This document shows, in pieces, positions 1 through 9,982 of a DNA stretch of 30,140 nucleotides; positions within the stretch are counted from its first letter, which is position 1, and every line of letters begins with the position of its first letter. The translations under genes and the position numbers were made by a program. The DNA is from a candidate division WOR-3 bacterium (GTDB lineage Bacteria; Hydrothermota; UBA3072; B12-G15): assembly GCA_965649055.1 (NCBI GenBank), contig CBFGJG010000023.1:1-30140 (forward strand). Reading direction: 5' to 3'. The notes beneath the pieces were generated by a model. The model was not told the DNA's origin, ran no database searches, and saw only the letters and a program-made list of their open reading frames with translations.

Positions 1-103
1 TGAGATTTATGATAAAATTTTTAGACAAAACTTAAATGTTAATTATAATAAATTGTACCACCATGTCCCTGATCTTCCCGCAGATAGAAAAGAAAAAACG
101 ATT

Positions 104-916
104 TTAAAAACAAAATTCAATATCTATTTCAAAATTTTTTGAAATATCAGTAATTTTGTTCTTAAATTCATTAAGGTATCTTTCTCTATAATAATAGTAA
201 TTATTAAGGATAGATAATTTATCCGGAAAATTTTTCCTATATATTTTTATTAAATTTGAAAAAACAGATGGATAAGGATTTAATGAATCAAAAAGTATAT
301 ATCTAATACCGGAAGATTGAGAATATTGAAATAAATTTATTAAATTTGGATATTGCTCTGTGAATCCTGGAATTATAGGAGCAACAAATAACCATGTCTT
401 TATATTCTCTTTATTCAATTTTTTAATTGCATTAAATCTATTTATAGAAATAGAGGCTTTTGGCTCAAAAATTTTTTGAATATCATAATTAAAAACAGTT
501 ATTGAAAAACCAACTTCTATGTTTTTAGTCTTTCTTAGAATATCAATATCTCTTAACACCAAATCAGATTTAGTCAAAATAGAAATCATATTTTCTGATT
601 CTGAAAGCAATTTAAGACAATTTCTTGTGATCTCATATTTTTTTTCAATCGGTTGATATGGATCGCATGCGGTTCCTATATTAATCTTTGCTTTTTTTAT
701 TGTTGTAATTTGTTTTAGCAGAACTTCTCTTGAATTTATTTTTACATCTACAAATTCTCCCCATCTTTCATTATGCCCTGTAAATCTTCTCATAAAAACA
801 GCATAACAATACTGACAGTTGTGTTCACAACCTATATAAGGATTTAGAGAAAAATCATAATCAGAAATTTTTGATTTGATCAAAATATTTCTGCATTTTA
901 TTTCGTGAATAATCAT
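104..916 (-). CDS. Radical SAM protein, SPL-like (Rv2578c-type) family
   Basis: LNPYIGCEHNCQYCYA (CxxxCxxC), GTACDPYQPIE and LTKSDLVLRDID motifs typical of this family. Confidence 0.85.
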   Translation of the reverse strand: MIIHEIKCRNILIKSKISDYDFSLNPYIGCEHNCQYCYAVFMRRFTGHNERWGEFVDVKINSREVLLKQITTIKKAKINIGTACDPYQPIEKKYEITRNCLKLLSESENMISILTKSDLVLRDIDILRKTKNIEVGFSITVFNYDIQKIFEPKASISINRFNAIKKLNKENIKTWLFVAPIIPGFTEQYPNLINLFQYSQSSGIRYILFDSLNPYPSVFSNLIKIYRKNFPDKLSILNNYYYYRERYLNEFKNKITDISKNFEIDIEFCF

Positions 917-921
917 AACAT

Positions 922-966
922 AAAAAAAAAAAACTCCTCATTACGGACTGAACCATAATGAGGAGT
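922..966 (-). terminator. Intrinsic terminator after the small Lys-rich peptide gene
   Basis: Minus strand ACTCCTCATTATGG-TTCAGT-CCGTAATGAGGAGT (14-bp stem, one G-U pair) followed by a run of about 11 T. Confidence 0.8.
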
Positions 967-984
967 AAAAAATTTCCTCTGCGC

Positions 985-1056
985 TTATTTCTTCTTTGTT
1001 GTTTTTTTCTTCGCTGTTTTCTTTGTGGTCTTTTTGCACGCTTTTTTTGTTGCCAT
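985..1056 (-). CDS. Unannotated 23-aa Lys/Thr/Ala-rich basic peptide (histone H1-tail-like), MATKKACKKTTKKTAKKKTTKKK
   Basis: Hand-translated; strong SD AAGGGAGGTGA just upstream of ATG, upstream TTGACA (1099-1104), terminator immediately downstream. Confidence 0.75.
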   Translation of the reverse strand: MATKKACKKTTKKTAKKKTTKKK

Positions 1057-1131
1057 GTTCACCTCCCTTAATTATTATTTAAACATTTTTTTTTATTTTG
1101 TCAATAGTTTTTTTTTATTTTTGAAAAAAAT

Positions 1132-1159
1132 TTGACAAATTTTTTTTGAAGAATATATT
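1132..1159 (+). promoter_or_regulatory. Sigma70-type promoter of the hyp operon
   Basis: TTGACA-N16-TATATT upstream of the AAGGAG SD of hypC. Confidence 0.6.
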
Positions 1160-1179
1160 TTGTAAAAAGGAGATAACAA

Positions 1180-1395
1180 ATGTGTTTAGGTATTCCGATG
1201 AAAATAATTGAAATTAATGGTGAAAAAGCATTGTGTGAAATTTCCGGAAATAAAATCTCGGTTTCAATAAAATTTTTGCCCGATGCAAAGGTTGGAGACT
1301 ATGTTATTGTTCATACCGGATTCGCAATTCAGAAACTTGATGAAAAAGACGCAGAAGAAACAATCACAATCTTAAAAAATTCAAAAATAATATGA
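1180..1395 (+). CDS. hypC: Hydrogenase maturation chaperone HypC
   Basis: MCLGIP N-terminus, VGDYVIVHTGFAI. Confidence 0.95.
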   Translation: MCLGIPMKIIEINGEKALCEISGNKISVSIKFLPDAKVGDYVIVHTGFAIQKLDEKDAEETITILKNSKII

Positions 1396-2471
1396 AATAT
1401 ATTGATGAGTATAGAGAACAAAAATTAATTAATGATATTTTGAATGATTTAAAAAATTTTTCTTTTGATTCAGAAATAAATATAATGGAAGTATGCGGAA
1501 CTCACACTCATTCAATTCATAAATTCGGAATTCATAAACTTCTTCCTGAAAATGTTAATCACATTTCAGGACCAGGTTGTCCAGTTTGTGTAACACCGAC
1601 ATCTTTTATTGATGCAGCAATAAAATTACTTCAAATAGATAACAATGTTGTAGTATCTTTCGGAGATATGATAAAAGTTCCGGGAAGTTTTTCTTCTCTT
1701 GAAAAAGAAAAAGCCAATGGCAAAGATGTTAGAATTGTATATTCACCACTGGATACGTTAAAATTTTGTATAAATGAAAAAGATAAAAATTTTATTTTTC
1801 TTGCGGTTGGATTTGAAACAACTGTTCCTTCTATTGCTGCAACAATAGAAGAAGCGATAAATAACAATATAAAAAATTTTTTTATTCTACCGGGAAATAA
1901 AACTTTACCAAACGCTTTAAGAATTTTGATAGAATCAGAAAATAAAATTAGTGGATTTCTTCTTCCCGGACATGTTGCAACAATAGTTGGTTCTGATGAA
2001 TATGAATTTCTTGTTAGAGACTACAATCTTCCCTGTGCAATATCTGGATTTGAACCTGTTGACATTATTTTAGGATATATCGCGATATTGAAGCAAATAA
2101 AAGAAAAAAAATATTTAATAGCAAATACATATATAAGGTCAGTAAAGCCAGAAGGAAATATAATAGCAAAAAATTTCATAAAAAAATATTTTGAACAGGT
2201 CGATTCCGAATGGAGAGGAATTGGAATTATAAAAGACAGTGGCTTGAAACTAAGAGATGAGTTTAAAATATTTGATGCGACTATAAGATTCAATATTCAA
2301 TTCGAAAAATCATATGATAATGAATATTGCAGATGTGGTGAAGTTTTACAGGGAAAAATTAAACCACGTCAATGTCCTCTTTATTCAAAGATTTGCACAC
2401 CAGATAATCCTGTAGGACCTTGTATGGTTTCAAACGAAGGGACTTGTTCCGCATATTTTAAATATGGATAA
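1392..2471 (+). CDS. hypD: Hydrogenase maturation protein HypD
   Basis: MEVCGTHTH, GPGCPVCVTP, GFETT, PGHV and C-terminal GPCMVSNEGTCSAY motifs. Confidence 0.97.
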   Translation: MKYIDEYREQKLINDILNDLKNFSFDSEINIMEVCGTHTHSIHKFGIHKLLPENVNHISGPGCPVCVTPTSFIDAAIKLLQIDNNVVVSFGDMIKVPGSFSSLEKEKANGKDVRIVYSPLDTLKFCINEKDKNFIFLAVGFETTVPSIAATIEEAINNNIKNFFILPGNKTLPNALRILIESENKISGFLLPGHVATIVGSDEYEFLVRDYNLPCAISGFEPVDIILGYIAILKQIKEKKYLIANTYIRSVKPEGNIIAKNFIKKYFEQVDSEWRGIGIIKDSGLKLRDEFKIFDATIRFNIQFEKSYDNEYCRCGEVLQGKIKPRQCPLYSKICTPDNPVGPCMVSNEGTCSAYFKYG

Positions 2472-3441
2472 AATATTGTTATCTTATGGTGAAGGTGGAA
2501 GAAATACATATAAAATAATCAAAGAAATTTTCCTTAAACATTTCAACAATGAATTTCTTGAAGAACTTGACGATGGTGCTGTTCTTGAAAATATTATCTT
2601 TACAACTGATTCATTCGTTGTAAACCCGATATTCTTTCCTGGTGGTGACATAGGCAAGTTATCTATTGCTGGAACAATTAATGATATTGTGGCTATGGGT
2701 GGTGAACCATTCTACATATCATCCGGCTTTATAATAGAAGAAGGTCTTGAGTTTGAAACTTTAGAAAGAATTGTTCATTCTATGAAAATTATAACAAAAA
2801 AAGCAAATGTTAAAATCGTTACTGGAGATACAAAAGTAGTTGAAAAAGGGAAATGTGATAAATTATTCATCAATACATCAGGTGTTGGTAAAAAAATTAT
2901 AGATGTTTCGAGAAATAAAATTTCACCTGGAGACCTTGTTATTATAAATGGATGTATCGCTGAACATGGGTTAAGTATTATTGTTGCAAGAAATGAATTC
3001 AATATACAATCAGAAATAAAAAGTGATTGTGACGAATTATGGACTCTTCTTAGAAATACTTTTAGTTACAATATTAAGTTTATGAGAGACCCTACAAGGG
3101 GTGGATTGGCATCTACATTAAACGAAATTGTTTCTGATAAATGGGGTATTGAGTTATGGGAAGAAAAAATTCCAATAAAAGAATCTACAAAAGGAATATG
3201 TGAGATGCTTGGATTTGACCCATTGACTATCGCAAATGAAGGTAAAATGATTATTATTTCTTCAAGAGAGGATGCTGATAAAATAATAGAAGAATTAAAA
3301 AAATATGAAAATGGGAAAGATGCGCAGATTATAGGTGAAATTAAGGAAGAATATAAAGGTAGGGTTGTGGAGAAAAAAATAACAGGAGTGAGGAGAATTA
3401 TTGATATGCCGTCAGGCAGCAATTTCCCGAGGATTTGTTAA
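2464..3441 (+). CDS. hypE: Carbamoyl dehydratase HypE
   Basis: TTDSFVV, GDTKVV, MRDPTRGG, ANEGK and C-terminal PRIC. Confidence 0.97.
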   Translation: MDKILLSYGEGGRNTYKIIKEIFLKHFNNEFLEELDDGAVLENIIFTTDSFVVNPIFFPGGDIGKLSIAGTINDIVAMGGEPFYISSGFIIEEGLEFETLERIVHSMKIITKKANVKIVTGDTKVVEKGKCDKLFINTSGVGKKIIDVSRNKISPGDLVIINGCIAEHGLSIIVARNEFNIQSEIKSDCDELWTLLRNTFSYNIKFMRDPTRGGLASTLNEIVSDKWGIELWEEKIPIKESTKGICEMLGFDPLTIANEGKMIIISSREDADKIIEELKKYENGKDAQIIGEIKEEYKGRVVEKKITGVRRIIDMPSGSNFPRIC

Positions 3442-3786
3442 ATGCATGAAGGTTCAATTGCTCAGAATATAATTAATGAAGTCAAGAAGATTTCTTCTGA
3501 AAATCAGATAAAAAAAATCAGCGAAATAAAATTAATCTGTGGAAAATTACATTCAGTTATTCCAGATTCATTAAAATTCTTCTTTGACATTATGAAGAAA
3601 GACGAAGAGATTATAAAAGATGCAAAAATCGTTATTGAAGAAGAAGATGTGATTACAAGATGTCTTGATTGTAATAGGGAATTTCTTTCAGAAGTTAATT
3701 TTTTCAAATGCCCTGATTGTGGCTCTGTAAGAACAGAGATTATAAAAGGCAATCACATATTTATATCATCGATAAAAGGTGAATAA
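3442..3786 (+). CDS. hypA: Hydrogenase nickel metallochaperone HypA
   Basis: MHE N-terminus, two CxxC motifs (CLDC, CPDC). Confidence 0.95.
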   Translation: MHEGSIAQNIINEVKKISSENQIKKISEIKLICGKLHSVIPDSLKFFFDIMKKDEEIIKDAKIVIEEEDVITRCLDCNREFLSEVNFFKCPDCGSVRTEIIKGNHIFISSIKGE

Positions 3787-4632
3787 TTAAGACAATATTA
3801 ATTCACAATTATCAATTAGCCTTGTTTTACCAAATTTTACAGCAATAAGTAATCTTGCCCTGTCTTTTATTTCTTTTATTTCTTCAAGTGTCTCGGAATG
3901 GACAATTTTTACATAATCAATATTTGCAAGAGAGAAAGAATTTATATAATTTTTAATTTCTGAAATTATTCTATCAGTATCAACTATTCCCTTCTTTACC
4001 ATATCTTGAGCAATTAATAAACTTTTATATAGACATAATGCCTGTTTTCTTTCTTCTGTGTTAAGATAAACATTTCTTGAACTCATAGCAAGTCCGTCCG
4101 GTTCCCTTACTATTGGGCCGTTAATTATTTTTACATCAAGATTTAAATCTTCAACCATCTTTTTTATTATAACAAGCTGCTGATAATCCTTTTCTCCAAA
4201 CACTGCAATATCAGGTTTTACAATATTGAACAATTTTAGCACAACAGTTGTAACACCATCAAAATGTCCTGGTCTTGAAGCACCGCACAATATCTTAGAC
4301 AACTTATCAACACTTACATAAGTGAGAAAATTTTCAGGATACATTTCTTTATCATCAGGTGTAAATAAAATATCACAGCCAGAATCGATTAAAATTTTTT
4401 TATCCCTTTCAATATCTCTTGGATATTTTTCAAAATCTTCCCCGGGAAGAAATTGTTTAGGATTAACATATATACTCACAATTGTTATATCTGAATTTTT
4501 TTTTGAAATTTCGACAAGAGAAATATGACCTTTATGCAAATATCCCATTGTCGGAACAAATCCGATTTTTTTTGTCTTTTTCAATTCATTTATTTTCTCT
4601 CTCATTTCGGAAATTTTTCTAATCTCAATCAT
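3787..4632 (-). CDS. panC: Pantoate-beta-alanine ligase
   Basis: GFVPTMGYLHKGH, RPGHFDGV, FGEKDYQQ, GLAMSSRN, RLIDN. Confidence 0.97.
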   Translation of the reverse strand: MIEIRKISEMREKINELKKTKKIGFVPTMGYLHKGHISLVEISKKNSDITIVSIYVNPKQFLPGEDFEKYPRDIERDKKILIDSGCDILFTPDDKEMYPENFLTYVSVDKLSKILCGASRPGHFDGVTTVVLKLFNIVKPDIAVFGEKDYQQLVIIKKMVEDLNLDVKIINGPIVREPDGLAMSSRNVYLNTEERKQALCLYKSLLIAQDMVKKGIVDTDRIISEIKNYINSFSLANIDYVKIVHSETLEEIKEIKDRARLLIAVKFGKTRLIDNCELILS

Positions 4633-5264
4633 ATATCAAAAGAAACATAGTGAATATTTTTTTCAATTGTATTTATCTTTTCTATCAGTAGTTCAATTGA
4701 ATCCTGATTTGTCAAAAAGTTAACATTATTAGCGTTCACAATAAGTAAAGGAGCTTTATCATAATGAAAAAAATAATCGTTATAGATTTCGTTCAGGGTT
4801 TTTATGTAATTCCTGTTCATATTCCTCTCATATATCCTTCCTCTTTTCTTTATTCTTTCCATTAGAACATCTGTATCAGCCTGTAAGTAAATAACGAGAT
4901 CAGGAACAGGAATATCTTTGTTTAACATCTTAAATAATTCTTCATACAGTATTCTTTCCCTTTCATCAAGGTTTATTGTAGCAAAAATTCTGTCTTTATC
5001 AAATATATAATCTGATATTACCCTTCTTGTAAAAATTTCTCTTGTTGTAATTTCTTTTAATGATTTGTATCTCGAAAGAAGAAAAAAAATTTGTGTTACA
5101 AAAGCGTATTTTTGTGGTTCCTCATAGAAAAGTGGAAGAAAAGGATTATCATCTACTTCTTCAAGAATAGTTTTCGCATTTAATCTATTGGATAGTATTG
5201 TTGCAAGGGTTGTTTTACCAACACCAATTACTCCTTCTATTCCAATGTAATTCCAGTTTTCCAT
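4629..5264 (-). CDS. Deoxynucleoside kinase
   Basis: IEGVIGVGKTT P-loop, NPFLPLFY, PDLVIYLQA, RIKKRGR lid. Confidence 0.9.
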   Translation of the reverse strand: MENWNYIGIEGVIGVGKTTLATILSNRLNAKTILEEVDDNPFLPLFYEEPQKYAFVTQIFFLLSRYKSLKEITTREIFTRRVISDYIFDKDRIFATINLDERERILYEELFKMLNKDIPVPDLVIYLQADTDVLMERIKKRGRIYERNMNRNYIKTLNEIYNDYFFHYDKAPLLIVNANNVNFLTNQDSIELLIEKINTIEKNIHYVSFDI

Positions 5265-5725
5265 ACTTTACATCTGTCACTACATTTTGAAATTATTTCC
5301 TTTATATTTTTTGAACTGACAGGTTCGACAATTTCTCCATCAATCTCAAGTAGTGGTATAAGATAAAAAAGTCTTTCTCTCAAAAACTGATGGGGAATTC
5401 TTAATTTTTCCGAAAGAAAAATATTATTTTCATTAAGAATAATATCTATATCAATAATTCTATCTTTTTTCAATCCTTTATCTTTCCTATTCATCTTTTT
5501 TTCAATTTCTTCTATTACTCTGAGAACTTCAAGTGGTTTTAAATCAGATTCAATTTCTACACACATATTATAAAAATTTTTATCACTCTCCATACCCCAT
5601 GGCTCAGTCTCGTAAATACCGGATAGCTTTAATATCTTAAATTCACCTGATAATAATTTTAGAGCTTTTTTAAGATTTTCCTTTTTATCTCCAATGTTCG
5701 TCCCCAGGGATAAAATATATTTCAT
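5237..5725 (-). CDS. folK: 2-amino-4-hydroxy-6-hydroxymethyldihydropteridine diphosphokinase
   Basis: LSLGTNIGD, YETEPWG, RIIDIDII, IPH motifs. Confidence 0.93.
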   Translation of the reverse strand: MKYILSLGTNIGDKKENLKKALKLLSGEFKILKLSGIYETEPWGMESDKNFYNMCVEIESDLKPLEVLRVIEEIEKKMNRKDKGLKKDRIIDIDIILNENNIFLSEKLRIPHQFLRERLFYLIPLLEIDGEIVEPVSSKNIKEIISKCSDRCKVWKTGITLE

Positions 5726-6060
5726 AATTCAATCTCTGCCTCAGCAAAAAATGTTTCAAGTTTCAACGGTGGATTTTTTTTTCTAACTTTCACCTTTAAA
5801 TGTTCGGGGTTAAAATTTGCCTTTATTTTCTCAAAAATCTCAGAACAATATTTTTCTATAGTGTTATAATCATTATTAAGGACATTATCAATTAATTCAC
5901 ATATATTTCTATAATCAATTGATGGTTCATCCTTTTTTAGGGATTTTTCAAAATCAGAAGATAATTCAACATCTATTTCAATTCTTGTTTTTCTTTTTTT
6001 TTCATCACTAAAACCTATTTTTACATAACGGGAGACACCGCAGAGTCTAATCTTTTGCAT
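5722..6060 (-). CDS. folB: Dihydroneopterin aldolase (divergent)
   Basis: Size, SIDY, TIE and VKVRKKNPP motifs; adjacent to folK. Confidence 0.75.
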   Translation of the reverse strand: MQKIRLCGVSRYVKIGFSDEKKRKTRIEIDVELSSDFEKSLKKDEPSIDYRNICELIDNVLNNDYNTIEKYCSEIFEKIKANFNPEHLKVKVRKKNPPLKLETFFAEAEIEL

Positions 6061-6069
6061 TAATTATCT

Positions 6070-6513
6070 TTATTCAGTAGCAGCTTTATAAAGGATATTG
6101 AATGTTTCAAGTTCAATATTGGCTTTAGCAAGTTTATCACTTAAATTTTCAATTAATGCCTTGTAAATCTTTAATGCAACTAATGGGTGCTCTTCCTCAA
6201 TTTTCTTGAAAGATTTTTCGTCAATTTTAATCAGTTTTAAATCTGTTTCAGCTTTTACACTTGCAGTCCTTAAAGTTTTAAGGAAAAAAGCAATCTCACC
6301 TATAAAATTACCCTGAGAAAGTTTTGTAATAAGCATTTCTTCACCCAATTTCTCAGAGTATACCTTAACTTCACCTTCAACAATATAGTATAATTCGTTC
6401 TTCTTGGTCCTCTCTTCTATTATTACCTTACCCTTTTTAACATTGATTTCTTCTCCAAAAGACTTAAGGATTTTAAAATCCTCTTCTGTCAGATATTTAA
6501 AAACACTGTTCAT
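6070..6513 (-). CDS. Stand-alone cyclic nucleotide-binding domain protein
   Basis: LYYIVEGEVKV, GNFIGEIAFF, RTASVKA; too short to carry a CRP HTH domain. Confidence 0.85.
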   Translation of the reverse strand: MNSVFKYLTEEDFKILKSFGEEINVKKGKVIIEERTKKNELYYIVEGEVKVYSEKLGEEMLITKLSQGNFIGEIAFFLKTLRTASVKAETDLKLIKIDEKSFKKIEEEHPLVALKIYKALIENLSDKLAKANIELETFNILYKAATE

Positions 6514-6525
6514 ATTACACCTCTT

Positions 6526-7107
6526 TTATTTTCCAAGGTTTCTAATTACCTCTTTTACTACTGCTTTAAGTGTTTCAAAAACACCTATTCCTTGATTCGC
6601 AACAGCTTCAAAATATGGCGCGTTAATTATGTTTAACGATTTATTCAAATCTTCAATTGATGCAATGTTTGGTAAATCCCTTTTATTGTACTGCATAACA
6701 AATGGTATTTTATCTAATGAGAGATTATATTCTTTTAAATTCTCAATTAAATTTTCAAGGCTTTCAATATTATCTTCAAGTCTCTCGAGTTGAGAATCAG
6801 CAACAAAAACTATTCCATCAACACCTTTAAGAATTAGCTTTCTTGAAGCATTGTAATAGACTTGTCCCGGAACTGTATAAAGATGAAATCTTACTTTAAA
6901 ACCTTTCACTTCTCCTAAATCAACAGGAAGAAAATCAAAGAAAAGTGTTCTATCAAGCTCGGTATCAAGGCTTACAAGTTTTCCCCTTGCTTCAGGCGCA
7001 ATCTTTGAATAGATAAACTTTATATTCGTGGTTTTACCGCCTAAACCGGGTCCATAATATACAATCTTACAATTTATTTCTCTTGACGCATAATTAATTA
7101 GAGACAT
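6526..7107 (-). CDS. mglA: MglA-family small GTPase
   Basis: [44 protein letters not shown]. Confidence 0.95.
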   Translation of the reverse strand: MSLINYASREINCKIVYYGPGLGGKTTNIKFIYSKIAPEARGKLVSLDTELDRTLFFDFLPVDLGEVKGFKVRFHLYTVPGQVYYNASRKLILKGVDGIVFVADSQLERLEDNIESLENLIENLKEYNLSLDKIPFVMQYNKRDLPNIASIEDLNKSLNIINAPYFEAVANQGIGVFETLKAVVKEVIRNLGK

Positions 7108-7117
7108 TCATCCTCCA

Positions 7118-7603
7118 TCACTTAAACAGGTTATCAAGTTCAGACTCGGCCTGATCCAGAAAATCTTTTCCAAAACTTGGTTTCATCTGTGTAGAAATTC
7201 TCTGGTAAATTTCATTTATAATTGCTTCAAGTTCCTTTGAAGTTTGAACTGCTTTTATTCTTACAAGACCGAGTGTAGTTTTTTTATCAAAAACAATTGC
7301 AAGTATTAGTTTATCTGCAACTAAAGAAATGTATATCCCAAAGTTTTCGCCCTGATGAAAAATCGTGGAAAATGTCTCTTCTCCTATCAATGTAGCAAGT
7401 TGAGATGTCGCAGCAAAATCAGCAGCAGATAATGTTGCAAATGATGCAAGGTCAAGTTCTCCCATATCGCCTACAGATGTTATAACCTGACCTGCTTTAT
7501 CTATAAGTATGACAGCTTTTGAATTTGTTTCTTGAAGTAATTTTTCAAGATTTTTTGATATCTTCCAAAAATCTTCTTCAAATATGTTTATATCACTTGC
7601 CAA
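7118..7603 (-). CDS. mglB: MglB roadblock/LC7 GTPase-activating protein
   Basis: LIDKAGQ, FHQGE, TTLGLVR and acidic C-terminal helix; directly upstream of mglA; TTG start abutting the porB stop. Confidence 0.9.
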   Translation of the reverse strand: MASDINIFEEDFWKISKNLEKLLQETNSKAVILIDKAGQVITSVGDMGELDLASFATLSAADFAATSQLATLIGEETFSTIFHQGENFGIYISLVADKLILAIVFDKKTTLGLVRIKAVQTSKELEAIINEIYQRISTQMKPSFGKDFLDQAESELDNLFK

Positions 7604-8533
7604 TTATAAACCTGCCTCTTCAAGTTTTATTAATCTATCCCATCTTTTTTCAATCTCTTCCTTCAGTTTTTCAACCATCCATTTATTTTCTTCAGTCAGC
7701 ATATGCTTGAACCTGCCCTGTGATTTTAAAAATTCTTCAACAGGCTTGAATTTTCTGGGTTTTACTGTTATCCTGTGAACACCATTTTCAATCTCATATA
7801 AAGGCCAGAATTTTGTTTCAACAGCAAGTTTTGCAATCTTTATTGTTTCATTTGTTGGATAATACCATCCAACAGGGCATGGTGATAAAATTGTCATAAA
7901 TTTAGGGCCTTCAATTGAAAGAGCCTTTTTTACTTTTTCCATAAGGTCCTGCCAGTGACTCGGTGAAGCCTGTGCTGCATAAGGAACATTATGGGATGCA
8001 ATTATCTCTGTTAATTCTTTCCTCAATTGCAATTTTCCCGGAATTTTTTTACCAGCAGGTGATGTTGTCGTATGTGCTCCGAAAGGTGTAGCTGAACTTC
8101 TTTGAATTCCAGTATTCATATATGCACCATTATCATAACAAATATAAAGAAGGTTATGTCCCCTCTCCATAGCACCTGATAAAGCCTGCAATCCAATATC
8201 GTAAGTCCCACCATCACCACCAAAAGCGATAAAATTTATTTTATCTTCTATTTTTCCTTTCTTCTTCTTTGCAACATAAGCTTTTTCTATACCGCTCAAT
8301 GCAGCTGCTGCGTTTTCAAATGCGACATGAAGGAATGGGACATCCCATGCTGTGTAAGGGAATATTGTTGAGACCACTTCCATACACCCGGTTGCAAAAC
8401 ATACAACGGTATTTTTTCCCGATATTTCAAGAACCTGTCTTAAAATAATTGTTGCACCACATCCAGCGCAGGCTCGATGTCCAGGTGTAAAAAGTTGTTC
8501 TGTCTTTGCTAATGTTTTTATATCTATTGGCAT
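7604..8533 (-). CDS. porB: Pyruvate/2-oxoacid:ferredoxin oxidoreductase beta subunit
   Basis: GHRACAGCG, TPP-binding GGDGGTYDIG...DN, YMNTGIQRS, SPCPVGW. Confidence 0.92.
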   Translation of the reverse strand: MPIDIKTLAKTEQLFTPGHRACAGCGATIILRQVLEISGKNTVVCFATGCMEVVSTIFPYTAWDVPFLHVAFENAAAALSGIEKAYVAKKKKGKIEDKINFIAFGGDGGTYDIGLQALSGAMERGHNLLYICYDNGAYMNTGIQRSSATPFGAHTTTSPAGKKIPGKLQLRKELTEIIASHNVPYAAQASPSHWQDLMEKVKKALSIEGPKFMTILSPCPVGWYYPTNETIKIAKLAVETKFWPLYEIENGVHRITVKPRKFKPVEEFLKSQGRFKHMLTEENKWMVEKLKEEIEKRWDRLIKLEEAGL

Positions 8534-8541
8534 TTTTCCTC

Positions 8542-9699
8542 CTAAATCCTCACACCTATATAGTTTATTTTTTCCAGTTTACCATCTTTTATCTTCCTGT
8601 AAACATCTTCAATCTCATGTGGTTTTATATCTCTACCACCAAGACCATATATGAAACCATAGATATCGGGTCTATTCTTTTCATCATATAATGATGCCTT
8701 TACATCAATGTAAACAGGTCCGCCAAATGCATTAAAACCATCCGCCCTGTCAAGAACAGCGACTTTTTTACAATTCTTTAATGCATTTTTTATCTCTTCA
8801 GCGGGTAAAGGTCTATAGACCCTTATTCTTAATAAACCTACTTTTTCACCTTTTTCCCTCATACTATCGACTGCTTCTTTTGCGGTTCCAGCAGTGGAAC
8901 CCATAACAACAATTGCATATTCAGCATCATCAAGTTTATATTTTTCTATCAATCCATAATATCTTCCAAATTTATCACCATATTCCTTTTCCACTTTCTC
9001 AATAATTTTAGAAGCACCAAGCATTGCCTGTGCTTCCATATATTTGTGTTCAAAATAATAATCCTGCAAATCAAGTGGACCTACTGTAATAGGATTTTTA
9101 ACATCAAGTAAATTATATGGACTTTTATTTTCACCGATAAATTTCTGGACTTCAGAATCTTCAAGCATTTCTATCCTCTGCATTGCATGTGAAAGAATAA
9201 ACCCATCAGCAGTAACCATAACAGGTAGGAAAACCTCTTCTGCGATTCGAACAGCCTGAATAACTGAATCATATGCTTCTTGAGAATCTTCTGAATAAAT
9301 CTGTATCCATCCCGAATCTCGGACATTCATAGTATCTGAATGGTCACAATGTATATTAATTGGTGATGAAAGTGCCCTGTTAATTTCACATAGAACTATC
9401 GGTAATCTCAAACCTGCAGCTATATAAAGAACCTCATCCATAAGGGCAAGCCCTTGTGAAGATGTTCCAGTCATTACTCTTGCACCAGCTGCAGCAGCAC
9501 CTATACATGCACTCATCGCAGAATGTTCACTTTCAACCGCAATAAATTCAGTGTCTACAAGTCCATCATGGACAAATGAACTGAATATCTGAACAATCTC
9601 TGTTGCTGGTGTTATAGGATACGCTGCTACCACATCAGGATTTATCTGTCTCATTGCTTCTGCCATAGCTTCATTTGCTGTTTTTGCAACTATTTTCAT
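8542..9699 (-). CDS. porA: Pyruvate/2-oxoacid:ferredoxin oxidoreductase alpha subunit
   Basis: AYPITP, VESEHSAMS, TSSQGL, YGLGGRD. Confidence 0.92.
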   Translation of the reverse strand: MKIVAKTANEAMAEAMRQINPDVVAAYPITPATEIVQIFSSFVHDGLVDTEFIAVESEHSAMSACIGAAAAGARVMTGTSSQGLALMDEVLYIAAGLRLPIVLCEINRALSSPINIHCDHSDTMNVRDSGWIQIYSEDSQEAYDSVIQAVRIAEEVFLPVMVTADGFILSHAMQRIEMLEDSEVQKFIGENKSPYNLLDVKNPITVGPLDLQDYYFEHKYMEAQAMLGASKIIEKVEKEYGDKFGRYYGLIEKYKLDDAEYAIVVMGSTAGTAKEAVDSMREKGEKVGLLRIRVYRPLPAEEIKNALKNCKKVAVLDRADGFNAFGGPVYIDVKASLYDEKNRPDIYGFIYGLGGRDIKPHEIEDVYRKIKDGKLEKINYIGVRI

Positions 9700-9700
9700 C

Positions 9701-9982
9701 TTATACCTCCCTCACCATTTCTATGGCTTTTGGTGGGCACTCTTCTGCACATATACCACAACCTTTACAATATTCATATAAAAAACCTTCCATCTTACCA
9801 TTATTAACAACAATTGAAGAATCCGGACAATAAACCCAACAGAAAAGACAATGTATACATTTTTGAGGGTTTAAGACCGGTTTAAAGCTTCTCCAGTCAC
9901 CTGTTTGGAATTTCTTAGCAGTTCCACCTTTATCTATAATTCCACCAATAGGTAGTTCAGTTGCTTTCTCTTTTTCCATCAT
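9701..9982 (-). CDS. porD: Oxidoreductase delta subunit (2x4Fe-4S)
   Basis: TGDWR, CIHCLFCWVYCP and CKGCGICAEECP. Confidence 0.92.
   Translation of the reverse strand: MMEKEKATELPIGGIIDKGGTAKKFQTGDWRSFKPVLNPQKCIHCLFCWVYCPDSSIVVNNGKMEGFLYEYCKGCGICAEECPPKAIEMVREV

Noticed and set aside
1631..3752. Minus-strand ORFs inside hypD/hypE/hypA, and similar antisense ORFs elsewhere (e.g. 11652-12182, 14507-14863, 20330-20731, 24624-24986, 29848-30063)
   Set aside because: Shadow frames opposite well-supported genes; Ile/Phe/Ser-rich, no motifs or SD
1180..3786. hypB/hypF missing from the hyp cluster (likewise tldE and tatA missing near their partners)
   Set aside because: Split clusters are common, and absence cannot be judged from a 30-kb window
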